The translations under genes were made by a program, and so were the position numbers. From assembly GCA_026914245.1 (NCBI GenBank), contig CP110439.1:1860001-1924000 (forward strand): a stretch of 64,000 nucleotides of DNA, given 5' to 3'. The notes under the pieces are model-generated. The model saw only the letters and a list, made by a program, of their open reading frames with translations. It was not told the origin of the DNA and made no database searches. Source of the stretch: Puccinia triticina (taxonomy: Eukaryota). Of this stretch, positions 13,030 through 25,861 are shown piece by piece; the stretch's first letter is position 1; the number at the start of each line of letters is the position of its first letter.

Positions 13030-14694
13030 TTCTCGGATGACTTCGTCGTACGCGTATCTGTGATTGATTGTAAGGCTGATGTTATTTCTGTGGATACAGC
13101 TGGCCAGAGAGAAACCGGGGCTGTTGACCGTCGTGATTTTGTACTTGGGTCAGGCGGAGACTTGAAGATGCTTCAAACGAGTTACACAAGCATAACAAAG
13201 CCAAACAACCAAGGCCCAAAGGTTAAGCCCTCCAGTTCCACATGCGAGCACAAAAGGTGATTGGACCAAGGTCAGTTTGATCCTGTTGACACTGAATACA
13301 TATACATACATATTTATGGAACCAAAGATGCACCATGCACACCAATAAGCTGATGTAGATTGAGCCCCCTACATCCGTGCGACTCATGAGTGCATGTCTA
13401 GGATGAAAATCTTGCAACACCTGCAGTCCCACTCAGTGTGGAACAGACCATGAGCCTCAGGATTTGGTTGCCAGGAAAAAGAGATGGAACTTACACTAAC
13501 AACCACGTCATGATTTAACCAGGTGCCCGAATCCAACGGTGTATCCGCTGCACTGCGTTTAGCGCAGCGAAGCGGTTAGCCCGTTAGCGCAGCGATTTTT
13601 TGGGTCGCTGCGCTACACGATTTTGATTTTCCCAAAGAAAAAAAATCAAAAAATAGCGCGCTGAAGAAGCGATCACGTAGCGATCGGCCCTGCTTTTCTC
13701 TGCCATGTGGGAGCCAAGAAAATAAAAGAAAAAGGCTTTCAAACATATAAAACACGTTTAGAGCATAAAACTGTTCTGCTGCCCGCCAATTTAGCGGGTA
13801 GCGTAGTGAATTTTTGCTTTTGCTAATTGCCCTGGGAGGTAGCGGAGAATTGCTGCGCGTAACAAGTAGCGCAGCCATCCCGGGCAAATCGGAGTCATGA
13901 GCCATATAGGTTGCATGGTCCTGCATGTTACATAAATACATAAAAAAAATCCCACCCCCTTGTCACACACCATTTGCAGGACTGGCTGTGATGTATGTAA
14001 GCTGTGGTAGACAGGTCTGTGAAAAACTCTGCACAGTCACTGTGCATGTGACATGTTGAAGCTGTGAGCTGCATGTCAGGATCCAGACAGCTTGTCATGT
14101 ACAGTGGGTTATAAGCAGAAGTTCTAGACACCACATTTTTCAATGCAGAAGCTCAGTCCACAGACCAGAAGTCATGAGATTGGCTAAGGTGGTGGAAAAT
14201 CAGTTCCCCAGAATGATTATGAAATAAAAAAAATGAAAGGATGTACTTCGTGCACTGCAAAAAACTCATTGCGCACTGCAGGGGGCGTCCACTCAACATC
14301 CCGGCCACAGTGCGCAGTAGCTCAAAATGCTTTGCGCACTGCAAATGAAAACCATGGAAATTCCTTTTTTTTCTGCCAGCCGGCAGAGGGGATTTTTCTT
14401 GCCCCTCCTCCAATTTCTTGGAGTATCTGCACAACTCAGCTTGACACACAAAATAATGAAAAAGAAATACAAAAAAAGCCTCAGCAGAGGCTCCCGCTCC
14501 CCGGAGATTTTCAACCTGCAAAAAACTCATTAATTGGGTACACAGCCCCTCAAAAACAGAGTTTGAGGGGCAGAAGTACATAAATGCCAATGGCCGGCAC
14601 TGGCTGGTCCCCAAGCGCAGTATACCCACTCCTCCAATGGCCAGCCAGCACGGACGTGGGTGCAAATCACCAGTCATCGAGGGGATTAAGCATT

Positions 14695-15845
14695 CCTCTT
14701 GATGACCGGAACGGTCCCGGTTATCAAGAGGAGTAAACACACCTCTTGATGACCGGAACGGTACCGGTTATTGAGAGGAGTGAACACACCTCTTGATGAC
14801 CGCAGTGGTCCTGGTTATTGAGAGGAGTAAACACACCTCTTGATGACCAGAACGGTGTGGTGGCCATTTGGTGCGGGGCGCCAAAGTGTCTGGTAAGGTT
14901 CGGGCGCGCGGCTGCGGCGGGGTATGAGGGCTCCGCAGGCTGTTTGGGCGGCGCAGGATCTTCAAGCGGCGGAGGCGGAGCGCATAGGCTGGGCGCGGAG
15001 CGTGCGGTCAGAGGTGGCGGAGCTGCGGCGTGCGGAGCGGAGCGGACTTGCTGAGTCCAGGCATTTCAGCGCGGACTATCTAGAACGACGCGGCGATTGG
15101 GGGAAGCCGTGGCAGCTGAAGCGAGTTACGTCAGCGGACGTAGCTGGGGCGGAGGCGGCGTGTGGGATCCCAACACCGGAGGCTAGACAGGGGCGTGGAT
15201 GATGGATGATCGGAGGTTGGGCGGCTGTCTACGGCGAGCAGTGGAGGCGCAAATGACGACGTGGGAGCGGAGGCATGCGGCGTGCGTGAGATGGGAGGAG
15301 GATTTCTATTTGTTATTTCCTTTTCTATTGGTTTATGACATGTGGCGGAGTTTTCTCATGGTTTATTTTTCTATGGTGGAGCAATGGAGAGTTGTTGATA
15401 TGGGAGGGGGAGGGGGAACCTTTCCCTCACGGACCTTTGGAGGGAGGATTATTATTATTATTATTGCGGACTTTACTTTACTTGGGCGGATTTTTGATGG
15501 GGAGGAGTTTTATTTTTACGGTTATCTTATTCTTTACGGAACGTCGAGCGGAGTTGTTCAGGAGCGTTACTTTACTGTTTTAGATGGACCTTTATTATTA
15601 TGATTACTTTATGGTTACTTTAAGCCTGCGGAGCTATCTTGATGCTTTGATTACACGGAGTTTGGAGTATCCCTTGACTACTCGTGATTATCTTGCGTAG
15701 AAGAAGGCTCCACCGGACATTTTGTCACGGTAGGACGCTTTCTGACTACCACAACGGTCCTGGTTATTGAGAGGAGTAAACACACCTCTCGATTACCGGA
15801 ACAGTCCTGGTTATTGAGAGATTAAGCATTCCTCTTGATGACCGG
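14695..15845. repeat. 47-bp hairpin tandem repeat (CCTCTTGATGACCGGAACGGTCCCGGTTATCAAGAGGAGTAAACACA), split by a solo LTR
   Basis: Units start at 14695, 14742, 14789 and 14836; the array resumes after 15753. Confidence 0.8.
14856..15753. mobile_element. Solo LTR, 898 bp
   Basis: TGTGGTGG...CTACCACA ends, ACGG on both flanks, interrupts the 47-bp array. Diverged inverted copy at 20434-21321. Confidence 0.75.
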
Positions 15846-16126
15846 TGTGGTAAGCCAATCCTGATCTACCCAGAAAACCAGCAACCATCAATCACAAGGC
15901 TGTCACACCTCAAGACTAAATCCCATACCTCTGGCCCCCTTGTCAGCAAAGCCCAAGGCCCTCAACATCCCCACTCAATGGTCATACCCTGGATAATAGT
16001 ATTCCCTCTTCCCACACTCCCCCTCTCTTGGATAAACCCTCTCCCTATTCTCAAACATCTACCCAGATCACATGTTACCCCCTTCTTCTAGTGTTTACTT
16101 AGAACCATGTGCTCAAAGATGTATAA

Positions 16127-17029
16127 GAGCATCTCCAACGGACTCGCTAAAGCGGGACTCGCGACCCCAATTTAGCGAGTCGGGTGAGTTTTCGAGGTCC
16201 AACGGACTCGCTATCTGACTCGCCAAACGCCTCCCGAGTCGCCTCAACTCGCTGCAGCCCTCCACTTGTGGCGAGTCTGCTCCAACCCGACAGTTGCCTC
16301 TTGGACCACACCTCGCACCAGCTTGCACCCCACGCACACTATACCGCACGATACCTCACCTACCGGCCGATTCTCTTTTCATTCAATTGGATCTTGCTGC
16401 CGATGACCGATCATCAATAGGATGACCGGGCATCAATGCCCATGACCGGTCATCAATAGGATGACCGGTCATTGAGACCAATCACCGGGAATCAAGACTG
16501 ATTACAGGTCATTGAGACCAATTACCGGGCATTGACACTGATGACCGGTCATCGAAGCCGATGCCCGGGAATCAAGACTGATGACCGGTCATCGAAACCG
16601 ATGCCCGGGAATCAAGACTGATGACCGGTCATCGAAACCGATGCCCGGGCATCAAGACTGATGGCCGGTCATCAAGACCGGAGACCGGGCATCGAGACTG
16701 ATGACCGGTCATCCAGACCAATGACCGGGCAGCAAGAATGATGACCCTGAATGGATATCCTATCAATGACCGGGCATGATGCACATGGCCGGTCATTGAA
16801 AGGATGACCGGCGGGTGTTCGAGAATTGGAAGGATGACCAGAAGGTGGTCATCTGTCTGTGTGGCTCGACGGGCAAGTTGTGGTATTGCCGACAACAAGT
16901 TGGTCCAACCTCTTGTCGGGTCTCTATTTCTGGCGAGTCCGCTGTGGACCAAGCCTGGGATACCCCGTTACATGTGGTCCAGGGCCGCGACCCAGGGTCT
17001 GCGCGATCCAGGGACCGTTGGAGATTCTC
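16127..17029. mobile_element. PIF/Harbinger (Tourist-like) MITE with internal ~20-bp tandem array
   Basis: TIR GAGCATCTCCAACGG / CCGTTGGAGATTCTC with TAA on both flanks. GATGACCGG-containing array at ~16400-16810. Confidence 0.85.
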
Positions 17030-17210
17030 TAAGCACCCTTGAAACCCTTCACCCTCCAAACCCAACATGGTACACATTATACTAGACATAGCCCCAAACC
17101 TCACCTACATTATTACTTCCTGAAACAATTCCTGAAACACCTGACTCCTCCTATCTTAGATCCCTAGATTATTACTTCCTGAAACACTTCCTGAAACACC
17201 TAACTCCTCC

Positions 17211-17599
17211 CAAAAAAGGGTAGTTACGCTACATGTAATGCGTAGATAACGGTAACGTAACAAAATTTTTGTCGTTATCTACGCGTTACGCATAACGGCA
17301 GTGCAATTACGTTATTGCAACACGTTGAGCTGGTTTTTCTTATGCTCGTTGCGTTATCCGGGCGCGCGGAGCCCTTGAGAACGGGCAAAAAATGAGGCTA
17401 AAAAGCCTTAAATGGTCCGTTATTGCGTTATCCGGGGGATAACGCAATAACGGGCCTCATTTTTGAGGCCCGTTACGTTACGCGCGGGGCCTGAAATGAC
17501 CCCGTTACTAGTAAAGTAACGGAGGGCCCCGGATAACGAGGGTAGTTACGTTACCAAAATTGCGCGGATAACACAACGTAACTTAACTACCCTTTGTTG
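17211..17599. mobile_element. MITE with 7-bp TSD
   Basis: TIR CAAAAAAGGGTAGTTA / TAACTACCCTTTGTTG; CTCCTCC on both flanks. The adjacent duplicated unit at ~17136-17160 shows the empty site. Confidence 0.85.
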
Positions 17600-19145
17600 C
17601 TCCTCCTATCTTAGATCATAGAATATTCTACCCCTGTTATGTCTCACATATCCCCTCCTCCAACTAGGAAGATTGCACCATAGCCCCCAGAAGATGGCAT
17701 CATCCCCACCCACTATTACACCATCATGTGACTCCTTGACCCACTACTCTGACCACATGGCTGTTTCATCCTATAGAAGTAGAATGTTCTATGCTTCCCT
17801 TCAGGTTATCCTTGTTTCCTCATGGCTCCTCTTTCTTGTGTATATAGACTGGGTTGTTTTCCTCTTCATTTGTTCCCCATCAGATCCTGTCAAAGTAATT
17901 CAGATCACTGGTCACCTATCATTAGCCTTGCTTATGCCAATAAATCAGATTGGACAAGCTTGCTATCTGTGTACAAAATATTAGATTAGTAGAAAAGTAA
18001 CCCTCAAGACATACCTCAAGAATCCTCTATAGCCACACCTTTCCATAAGAGTCCACACTCTTATATCTTTTTCTTGTTCCCAGAGAGGCAGCCCATTAAA
18101 GCACCATTCCCTCTCCAGCTCTATTCATCCCAAGAGTAGTTCCACACCGGAACGGTCCGGGTCATCAAGAGGAGTAAACACACCTCTACTGTGCAGTGCA
18201 CAAATTTCCAAACACTTTGTCAAAAAAAATCTTGAAAAATTTAACTCCTTCACCTGCAGTGTGCAAAGTGTTTGGAAATTTGTGTATAGTGCATCAAGCC
18301 CGTCTGGGCACATGCACAAGTTCGGAGGTGAAAAGCCCAAGCCTGCTTGGCCAAGCCCAAAGCGTGTGTGACACACCCAAAACCCCCGCTTGGCACATGG
18401 CCAAGTTGGCGGGGTTTGGCACAAAGCCCCGCTGGGCCGAGGCCAAGCAAGGGTGCCACACCTGCCAAAGATGCCGGCCATCAAGGAGAGAATTTCCACT
18501 CCTCAATGGTTGGTCTACAGACCGGTCATCAAGACTTTCCCTTCTTGATGACTGATACAGGTATCAACCACCAAGAAGGGAGTCGTCTCTCCCTCTCAAT
18601 GACCGGTTTGCAGACCAACCATCGAGGAGGGGTAGTTCTCTCCTCCCCAAGACTAGCAGTGTATTGGCCCTTGATATTGACACATCCGATGGCCGGTACA
18701 CACATCAGTCTAGATATGTTACCGCAATGATCCCATCGGCCCAGAGCTTGGGGTTGGCCAAGCGGGACTTGGGCATGTGCCAAGATCCGCCGCCCAGCCA
18801 ACCTCCCCAATCAAGCCCTCTGGGCACCCCCCAAACCCCCGGTGGCGCTCGGCCGCGCGGGACTGGGGCATGTGCCCAGACGCGCTTGATGTACTATACT
18901 GCACAGTGCGCAAAGAGTTTTCCGCAGTGCGCAAAGTAAATCCATTCAAGAAATTAGATATTTTTCACTATTTTCATTCTTTCACTTTTCCTTTTTTTTA
19001 TTTCATAGTCATTCTGGGGAACTTATTGTCCAACTCTCTAGCCAATCTCATGACTTCTGGTTGGTGGACTGAGCTCCTGCAATGAAAAATGTGGTGTCTA
19101 GAGCTTCTGCTAACCCACTATACACCTGAAAGGACTCCCATGAAC

Positions 19146-19627
19146 CAACACTGGGTCGCTACGCTACGCTACGCTACGCTATTTCAGCGCTACGCGTTAG
19201 CGTAGCGGCAAAAAGCGCCCATCTATTTTGCATAGCGTTAGCGCGCTGTTAGCGCCGCTACACTGCGCTAATTTTCAGCGGCGCTAACAGCGCGCCAATT
19301 CTTTGTTAGCGTTAGCGCGCCGCTACAGTCGCTACGCTACGCTGCGCTGCGCTACAGCGCTTTTAGCGGAAAAAAAGCCCTTTTTTCCCGCTAAAGGCGC
19401 TGTAGCGCAGCGTAGCGCGCGCTCTTTTGCGCCCTGCATGTGTAGCGTTAGCGCAATTGCGCGCATATGCGCTAAAGCTACGCTATCAGCTAAAATAACT
19501 GCGCACCGCGTGCGCGTAGCGTTAGCGCATATGCGTGCAATTGCGCTAACGCTACGCTAAAAAATAGTGCATTTGCGCTGCTCTGCGCTACGCTAACTGC
19601 TATGGTTAGCGTAGCAACCCAGTGTAG
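19146..19627. mobile_element. MITE with 7-bp TSD, rich in GCTAC/TAGCG motifs
   Basis: TIR CAACACTGGGTCGCTACGCTA / TAGCGTAGCAACCCAGTGTAG; CATGAAC on both flanks. Confidence 0.85.
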
Positions 19628-20433
19628 CATGAACTGACAGGCGGAAAGGACCACACAACCTGTATGCTTCTCATGACCCCAATTTGCCCAGGGTGAGTGG
19701 TGTTCCCGCTGCGCTATTGCTTTTTGGTCTGGCCATTTAGCAGTCAACCACTGCACTACATCAAAAGGCCTCTTTTTTTAGTGTAGCACAGTGGATACAG
19801 TGTTGCCAAATCTAACAAATGTGGGAGCAGAACATCCATCCATTCTGCCAATCATCCTCAGCCTTCAAAGAGGCAAAATACCGGGCTTGGTCCCCTTGGA
19901 CTTCTAGTTAGCATGTTCACTCCTCCTTTTTCCATGCCCCAATTTCTCTCCATGTGTCACATCCTGTTGAAATACCAACCAGTCCAGGACATGATCTCAA
20001 ACCACAATATCTTTCATTGGATGGCATTTGAAGGTAAAACCAACAGGAGTCTAGTGTGCTAGACTTGAGTGTCTTGAGCTTCACAAATGTCAGAGGCTAT
20101 CTTTACACCTCTCAAGATTGCCTGCGCTGCACCCCACTTCAAGTCAAGCTTGCACAGCTCCCTGTTTATTGTACCTTTAAATGCCTTCCAATGTCTAGTG
20201 AAAGATAGTGTGTTTTGAGATCATTTCCTGGACTGGTATTCCAACAGGATTTGACATATGGAGAGAAATTGGGGCATGGAGAAAGGAGGAGTGAACATGC
20301 TAAATAGAAGTCCAATGGGGGGAGTTTGCCTCTTTGGAGGCAGAGGATGATTGGTAGGCTGGTTGAGTGTTGCGCTTGCAGGTTTTTTAGATTAAAGTTG
20401 AATGAGAGTGCGGCGCTGCCAGCAGGCTCGCGG

Positions 20434-21321
20434 TGTGGTGAGCAAAAGAGGTCACTGTGTAGAAATGTCAGGACCTCCGCTGCTCCAAGATGATTCCCCG
20501 GTAAAGTCGGGTAATCTGGGGAAACTCTGCTCCGCTCTGCAAGTAAGTGTATGGGTATAATAATCAAAGAAGCATGTAAAATAACATATAAATAACCACA
20601 AAACACATAGAAAAGCCACAGTAAACACTGTGAAATCTGTTGTAAAGTACACACAAGACAACTCTGCACGTCAAAACAACTCCGCCACAAGTAGTAACAT
20701 CTCTGCCGTAAGGAATCCGTACCAGAGTAACAAGAATGAAGTAAAATCCGTAAAGAAAAACCATGATGAGATGATGGATGGGGGGGAGGAAAACCCCCAT
20801 TCCCTTTGTACAAAAAGGAAAACACAATCCTGAGAGAAAGAAACCATCCTCCTCTGCATGCCTCTCACGCACACCATCCACCAAGCCACACTCCCACAAC
20901 CACACACATCATCCGCCCATACCACTCTCACACGGATCTTCTGTAAACATCGCCGCCCATCATCGCCCGCCGTTGGACTCCTCTTGCCTCAGCTTCCTCG
21001 CCCCTGTCTAGCCTAGCCTTCAATGCCGGGATCCCACACGCCGCCTCAGCCCCAGCTACGCCTGCTGGTGTAGCCCGCTTTGGCTGCCTGGCTTCCCCCA
21101 GTCACAGCCTATACTATCCAGTCGGCGCCAGCCTGCTTAAGTCAAGTCCAGCTCTTCCAATGAGCTCCGCCACCGCTGCACTGTGTACAGAAGCCCGCGC
21201 ACCGCCTCATAGACATATTCTGCACTGTGCCACTCCGTGCCAGTCTTGCGGAATCCGCAGCCTGCAACCTCCGCGAACCTGTGCGGACATTTTGGGTCTC
21301 CCACCCATATTTACCATCACA
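20434..21321. mobile_element. Solo LTR, 888 bp, related to 14856-15753 in opposite orientation
   Basis: TGTGGTG...CATCACA ends; flanks GCGG / GTGG. Shared block CGTAGCTGGGGC(G/T)GAGGCGGCGTGTGGGATCCC...GGCTAGACAGGGG. Confidence 0.7.
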
Positions 21322-22368
21322 GTGGGGTGAATCCTCTGCGGAAAATACACAGAAGTATGTACACAATCAGCAGACACAACATGGCAAAACTAATGGGTAT
21401 CTGACGTACACTAACTTCCACAGTCCCAAGGGCAAGATTGTCCTTTGCCAGCATCTCAAGATGACTTGTGCACAGCATCAACAAACCAATAAAACAAGCC
21501 ATTGTTGTCTGCCAAGGTAGATGTGCCCTGTGCGAACCCGTCAAGCTCTAGTATTGCGTAAGCCCACTCGAGCGCAGATGTGCAGTCCGCTTGTGCAGCA
21601 ACTATCCAAATTGGATAAATGGGTGACTTAACGTCTCCCAGGTGCTGGATTGATATCTTTCCATTGGCCAATCTGGCCGGAGCAATGGTGGTGATGGTGC
21701 CCGGGTCTGCAGGCTGGCTCATGATAGGTGAGTTAGAGAATGGCAACTGATGTGTTGGACTTAAGAGGGACTCAGAACAAACGTGACGGTGTGTGTTCCC
21801 ATTGGCTCCACCAGCAACGGCCGTGGATTCCTTGTCTGTGGGAACCACAAGGACTCTTTGTGGAACACAGTTGTTGGCTCCCCTGTGAGTCTATCACAAG
21901 TTGACCCCAGGAGGGTGGAGACGACTTGAACTTAGCACAAGTTGCTCGCCTGCCGGGGGGCGCGGCGCGTTGAAGCGCCTTGCACAGAGTGCAACCTCCG
22001 GGAGGTTGCGAGAAAGAGGAGACCCTGGGGGCTCCCTCATTGGGAGGCTTTGTTAAGCTCGGAGACGACTGGGTATGCCATTGTCTCCCCGGATCTTCGA
22101 CGGGGTGGTGATACAGGGTGATACCGACGGGGGCACAGTGAATTCCACATGGGTTTCAGTGTCACCCGCCGCATCCACAATGTTGCTTGCCAGGAAGTAC
22201 CTGACTTATCACAAGTCCCTTGCTTCAGAGGGCCCTGGTACAGCCTGGGCTGGCGCGAAGCGCCCTCCAAAGGAGGGACTTGCAGGTAAAGCCAAGAATT
22301 TGGCTTGAGAGCTTTCAGTGTTTTGGTGGGAGTTTTTTCCTGCTCCCCTTTCAGGGGTCTTCTTCTTG

Positions 22369-22893
22369 TGTATTTCTATTGCCTGTGGTGCCAGATTAAA
22401 GGCCTGATTTTTCTCTTTCTTTTGGTGTCAATCACCACTTTTTCCCCCTTCACAAACTCCTTCCATCCCCCTTTGAAGTTTGTGATTTTTTTGTGTTTGG
22501 CCAGAAGTGTGTATGCAAATTCTGAGAAGATCCATTTGGACTCAATTTAAGGCCCTGTTTGGCTGCCGCGTTATACAACATAAATGGTCAAATTTATGAC
22601 GCGCTACCCCCGGGGGTCTCAAAGTTTTGGTGGAAAGGGGGGCAAACTTTGGGTCGCGGCGTCATAAATTTGACCATTTATGTCGTATAACGCGGCAGCC
22701 AAACAGGGCCTTGAATTGAGTCCAAATGGATCTTCTCAGAATTTGCATACACACTTCTGGCCGAACACAAAAAAATCACAAACTTTAAAGGGGGATGGAA
22801 GGAGTTTGTGAAGGGGGAAAAAGTGGTGATTGACACCAAAAGAAAGAGAAAAATCAGGCCTTTAATCTGGCACCACAGGCAATAGGAAATACA
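22369..22893. repeat. Fold-back element: ~240-bp near-perfect inverted arms with ~45-bp spacer
   Basis: Arm 22369-~22608 is the reverse complement of ~22651-22893; the same peptide string appears in both the + and - ORF tracks. Confidence 0.9.
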
Positions 22894-23639
22894 GAACTCC
22901 ATCATCCATCCAGCTTGACTGCTGAGCAAGGGCAACACTCTCCTTCAAGTGTAGATATCACAAAAGTGACACTACATTGAAGCTGAGATGCTCAGCTATC
23001 CCACGAACTTCAGCTTGCTGACTCACAATGAGTGTGCACTGTGTAATGTCAATTTGATTCAAAAAGTTGGCCAAAAGCCACAAATTTCCTGAAGCTCTCA
23101 CGCGGAAAAAAGCCAATAACTCATAAGCCTCCCATTGGGAATGGGAGATGCTTCGCATCGGGGTGCTCCGCACCCCCAGTCCCGGGAGGCTAAGTTAAGT
23201 CAGGGAAGTACCCCCGGCGTAGCTGTTTGACATGATGAAGTGGCATGAAATGTCCACAAACGCCGACGCCGTCGGGGAGCAGCTGAAGTTGATGAAGATT
23301 GGGAGTTGGATGTATATCCTGCCATCTGTTTTGAACGGCTCGGAAATGAAATCAATAATAACATGAAAAAATGACGAATATTACCTTCACTTGACCATAA
23401 CCTTTTCGGGGTCGAGTGATGAGCGACATCTCCCACTGCAAAGAAGCAAGAGGAGATGCAGCTGATGCGATTTAGCTGTGAGGTGATATAAGCCTTCAAA
23501 GAGTGCCGCGGAGTGGCCGATTGAACCCTCGCAGTCTGAAATCTGCGATTCAGCACTCATCTTATCCACACATCCACACATCCACACACACGCACACATC
23601 TTTTTCAAATCTCACAGTACTCGGCCGCAAGGAGATAGG

Positions 23640-24956
23640 ATGATTCAGCTGCCAAAAACACAGAAATCTGTCCAAATTATACAGCAATCATCTGTCGCTG
23701 AGAGTACTGCCGGCAAAGGTTCGGCGGTCTGGCACGAAATACAGATCAAAGAAAGCCCGTTCGAGATTCCAGAACGAAATATCGAAAACGAGAAGAACCA
23801 GCAATCAGACGACCCGATCCTAACGATCAAGATCAAGTCTTTTGCTTTTAACCATCGGGACGTGTGGATCCGCAAAGGTCTCTATCGGAAGATCAAGTTC
23901 GGTTCGACTCTGGGCTCGGATTGTTTCGGCACAGTGATTTCTCCAAGCGATCATCACCTGTCGGGGAAAGATGTGTTAGTCTACCCGGCCGTAAATTGGT
24001 TAAACGATCCTCGCGGCGGTCCGGATGTGCCCGGAAAGGAATTTGGAATCCTCGGGGGGACCCACGAAACCGATGGCCTTGGCACGTTCACCGATCACAT
24101 CAACATCCCCGCGAGCCATTGTGTGACGGCCCCCAGCCATTTGGATCTCATGTCCGCCTCGGCTGTCCCTCTGGCCGGCCTCACCGCCTTCAGAGCGGTG
24201 TTCAATAAGGGACAGGTCAAGCCGTCCTCAAATATCTTGATCACTGGCATCGGCGGCGGCGTCGCAATCTGGGCTTTGCAGTTCTGCGTTGCTATCGGCG
24301 CAAACGTTTGGGTCACGAGTAGCAGCGAGCAAAAAATAGAGCAGGCTTGTCGATTGGGTGCCAAGGCTGGTGTAAACTACACCGAAGGTTTGTGAACGTT
24401 TTATTTTCTTGTTGTCCCGATCAATACCCAGACTGGAGGGCTAATCTATTGATTGTATATTACTTCGTCAGATTCCTGGCCTCAGCGTTTGGCGTCTTTA
24501 CTTCCATCCGAAACCCAATACCTTGACGTGGTGATAGACTCAGGGGGAGGCGATATCGCTCAGAAATGCAGCAAAATCTTACGTCCCGGTGGAATTATTG
24601 TGAACTTTGGCTGGTATGTCTCAAGCTTACTTGAATAGATGGCTCGCAAGTTGATCAACCACTCACTCTGGATGCTCTCAACAACCTCTCAATGGCCTAG
24701 CACCTCTGGCCGTCCCCTTTCGTTTACAATGGCAGAAGTGTTGAAGAACTTGGAACTGCGAGGATGCACGATGGGGTCATTGAAAGAGTTCAAAGAGATG
24801 GTCGCATTCGTCGATAAGCACACTATCCAGCCTGTCGTCTACAAGACTCTACGCGGCTTTGAGCAGGTCGAAGACGGCTTTCAAATCGTGAAGGCCGGTC
24901 AACAGTTTGGAAAAGTCGTGGTAGTCATAGACCCGGAAAACTACCATAAACTTTGA
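23640..24956 (+). CDS. MDR-superfamily NAD(P)H quinone oxidoreductase / alcohol dehydrogenase-like protein (3 exons)
   Basis: AFNHRDVWIRKGLY, LGSDCFG, SAVPLAGLTAFRA, ILITGIGGGVA, QQFGKVVV. Introns ~24388-24471 and ~24614-24700. Confidence 0.92.
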
Positions 24957-25081
24957 AACTTTGCTCTTGTTCAAATGGCTGATTAACATTGGCAAAAAAG
25001 GATGCTACAATGCATCCAAATCCAACCCAACAATTTTCCCAGTAATATTAAATGGCATGCCAAGTGGATTGTCCAGATAAT

Positions 25082-25262
25082 TATGGTGTTCAGAGTTGGT
25101 TTGCATAATTTTATGCATGCATAAATCATAAAATCATAAAAATATTTTGATGAGGAAATTTTGTATCACATAATCAGACAGTTATATCCCCTACAAAAAA
25201 GATTTTATGATTTTATGATTTATGCATGCATAAAATTATGCAAACCAACTTTGAACACCATA
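25082..25262. mobile_element. ~180-bp MITE with ~60-bp TIRs
   Basis: TATGGTGTTCAGAGTTGGTTTGCATAATTTTATGCATGCATAAATCATAAAATCATAAAA and its reverse complement. Confidence 0.85.
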
Positions 25263-25861
25263 AATATAGATTATTGTTTGTAAATCATACACCTGTGTCA
25301 CCCTGCATACCCCATACTATAGACATGCATACAAGGAGCCACGAGCACCCCCATACCAACCCTACCCCGCCAAAAATAAAATTCTTGGAATTCTCATGAT
25401 TCCTAGAAACCAATGACTTGATTTGGCTGCAAAGCGGCCAAAAATTTTTTCAAGTCATTCCTCAGGAGTACCCCCCTTTAGTTCCCCCCGGAAGCCCCTG
25501 TAAAACTGAATACGCCGCGACATCACTACTTCACTCGGAGCCATATCACCCAGCTCTCCCTCCCGTCATAACAATCATCACCCGATCCAACCATTGGTAG
25601 CATCACAACATCCTGAATCATCACCACTGGCACTTGGTTATCCACTGTAAGTTCAATTTGAGCCAATTGATCCACTCCACTTTCATTGCACTCTTGCTCT
25701 GACAACTAACTCACCATCACTCACCAACCTCTTCTTGTTCCTGCACCTCTCCAAATCAACCTTTCTCCCCTGGCGTACACACACCCCAGCCTATCCTTCC
25801 TGCTCAGTCTGAATAGTGAGTAGCAATATCCACATTTTCTGCCTCATAACCCCCCCCCCCC

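Larger units (their letters stand above)
13534..19805. mobile_element. 6.3-kb non-autonomous TIR element with 7-bp TSD, hosting nested insertions
   Basis: Termini CAACGGTGTATCCGCTG and CAGTGGATACAGTGTTG; flanks CCGAATC / CCAAATC (one CpG transition). Internal inverted arms ~14100-14280 and ~18900-19125. Confidence 0.7.

Noticed and set aside
14695..14855. CRISPR-like hairpin repeats
   Set aside because: Units are contiguous with no unique spacers, there are no cas genes, and the context is a eukaryotic transposon.
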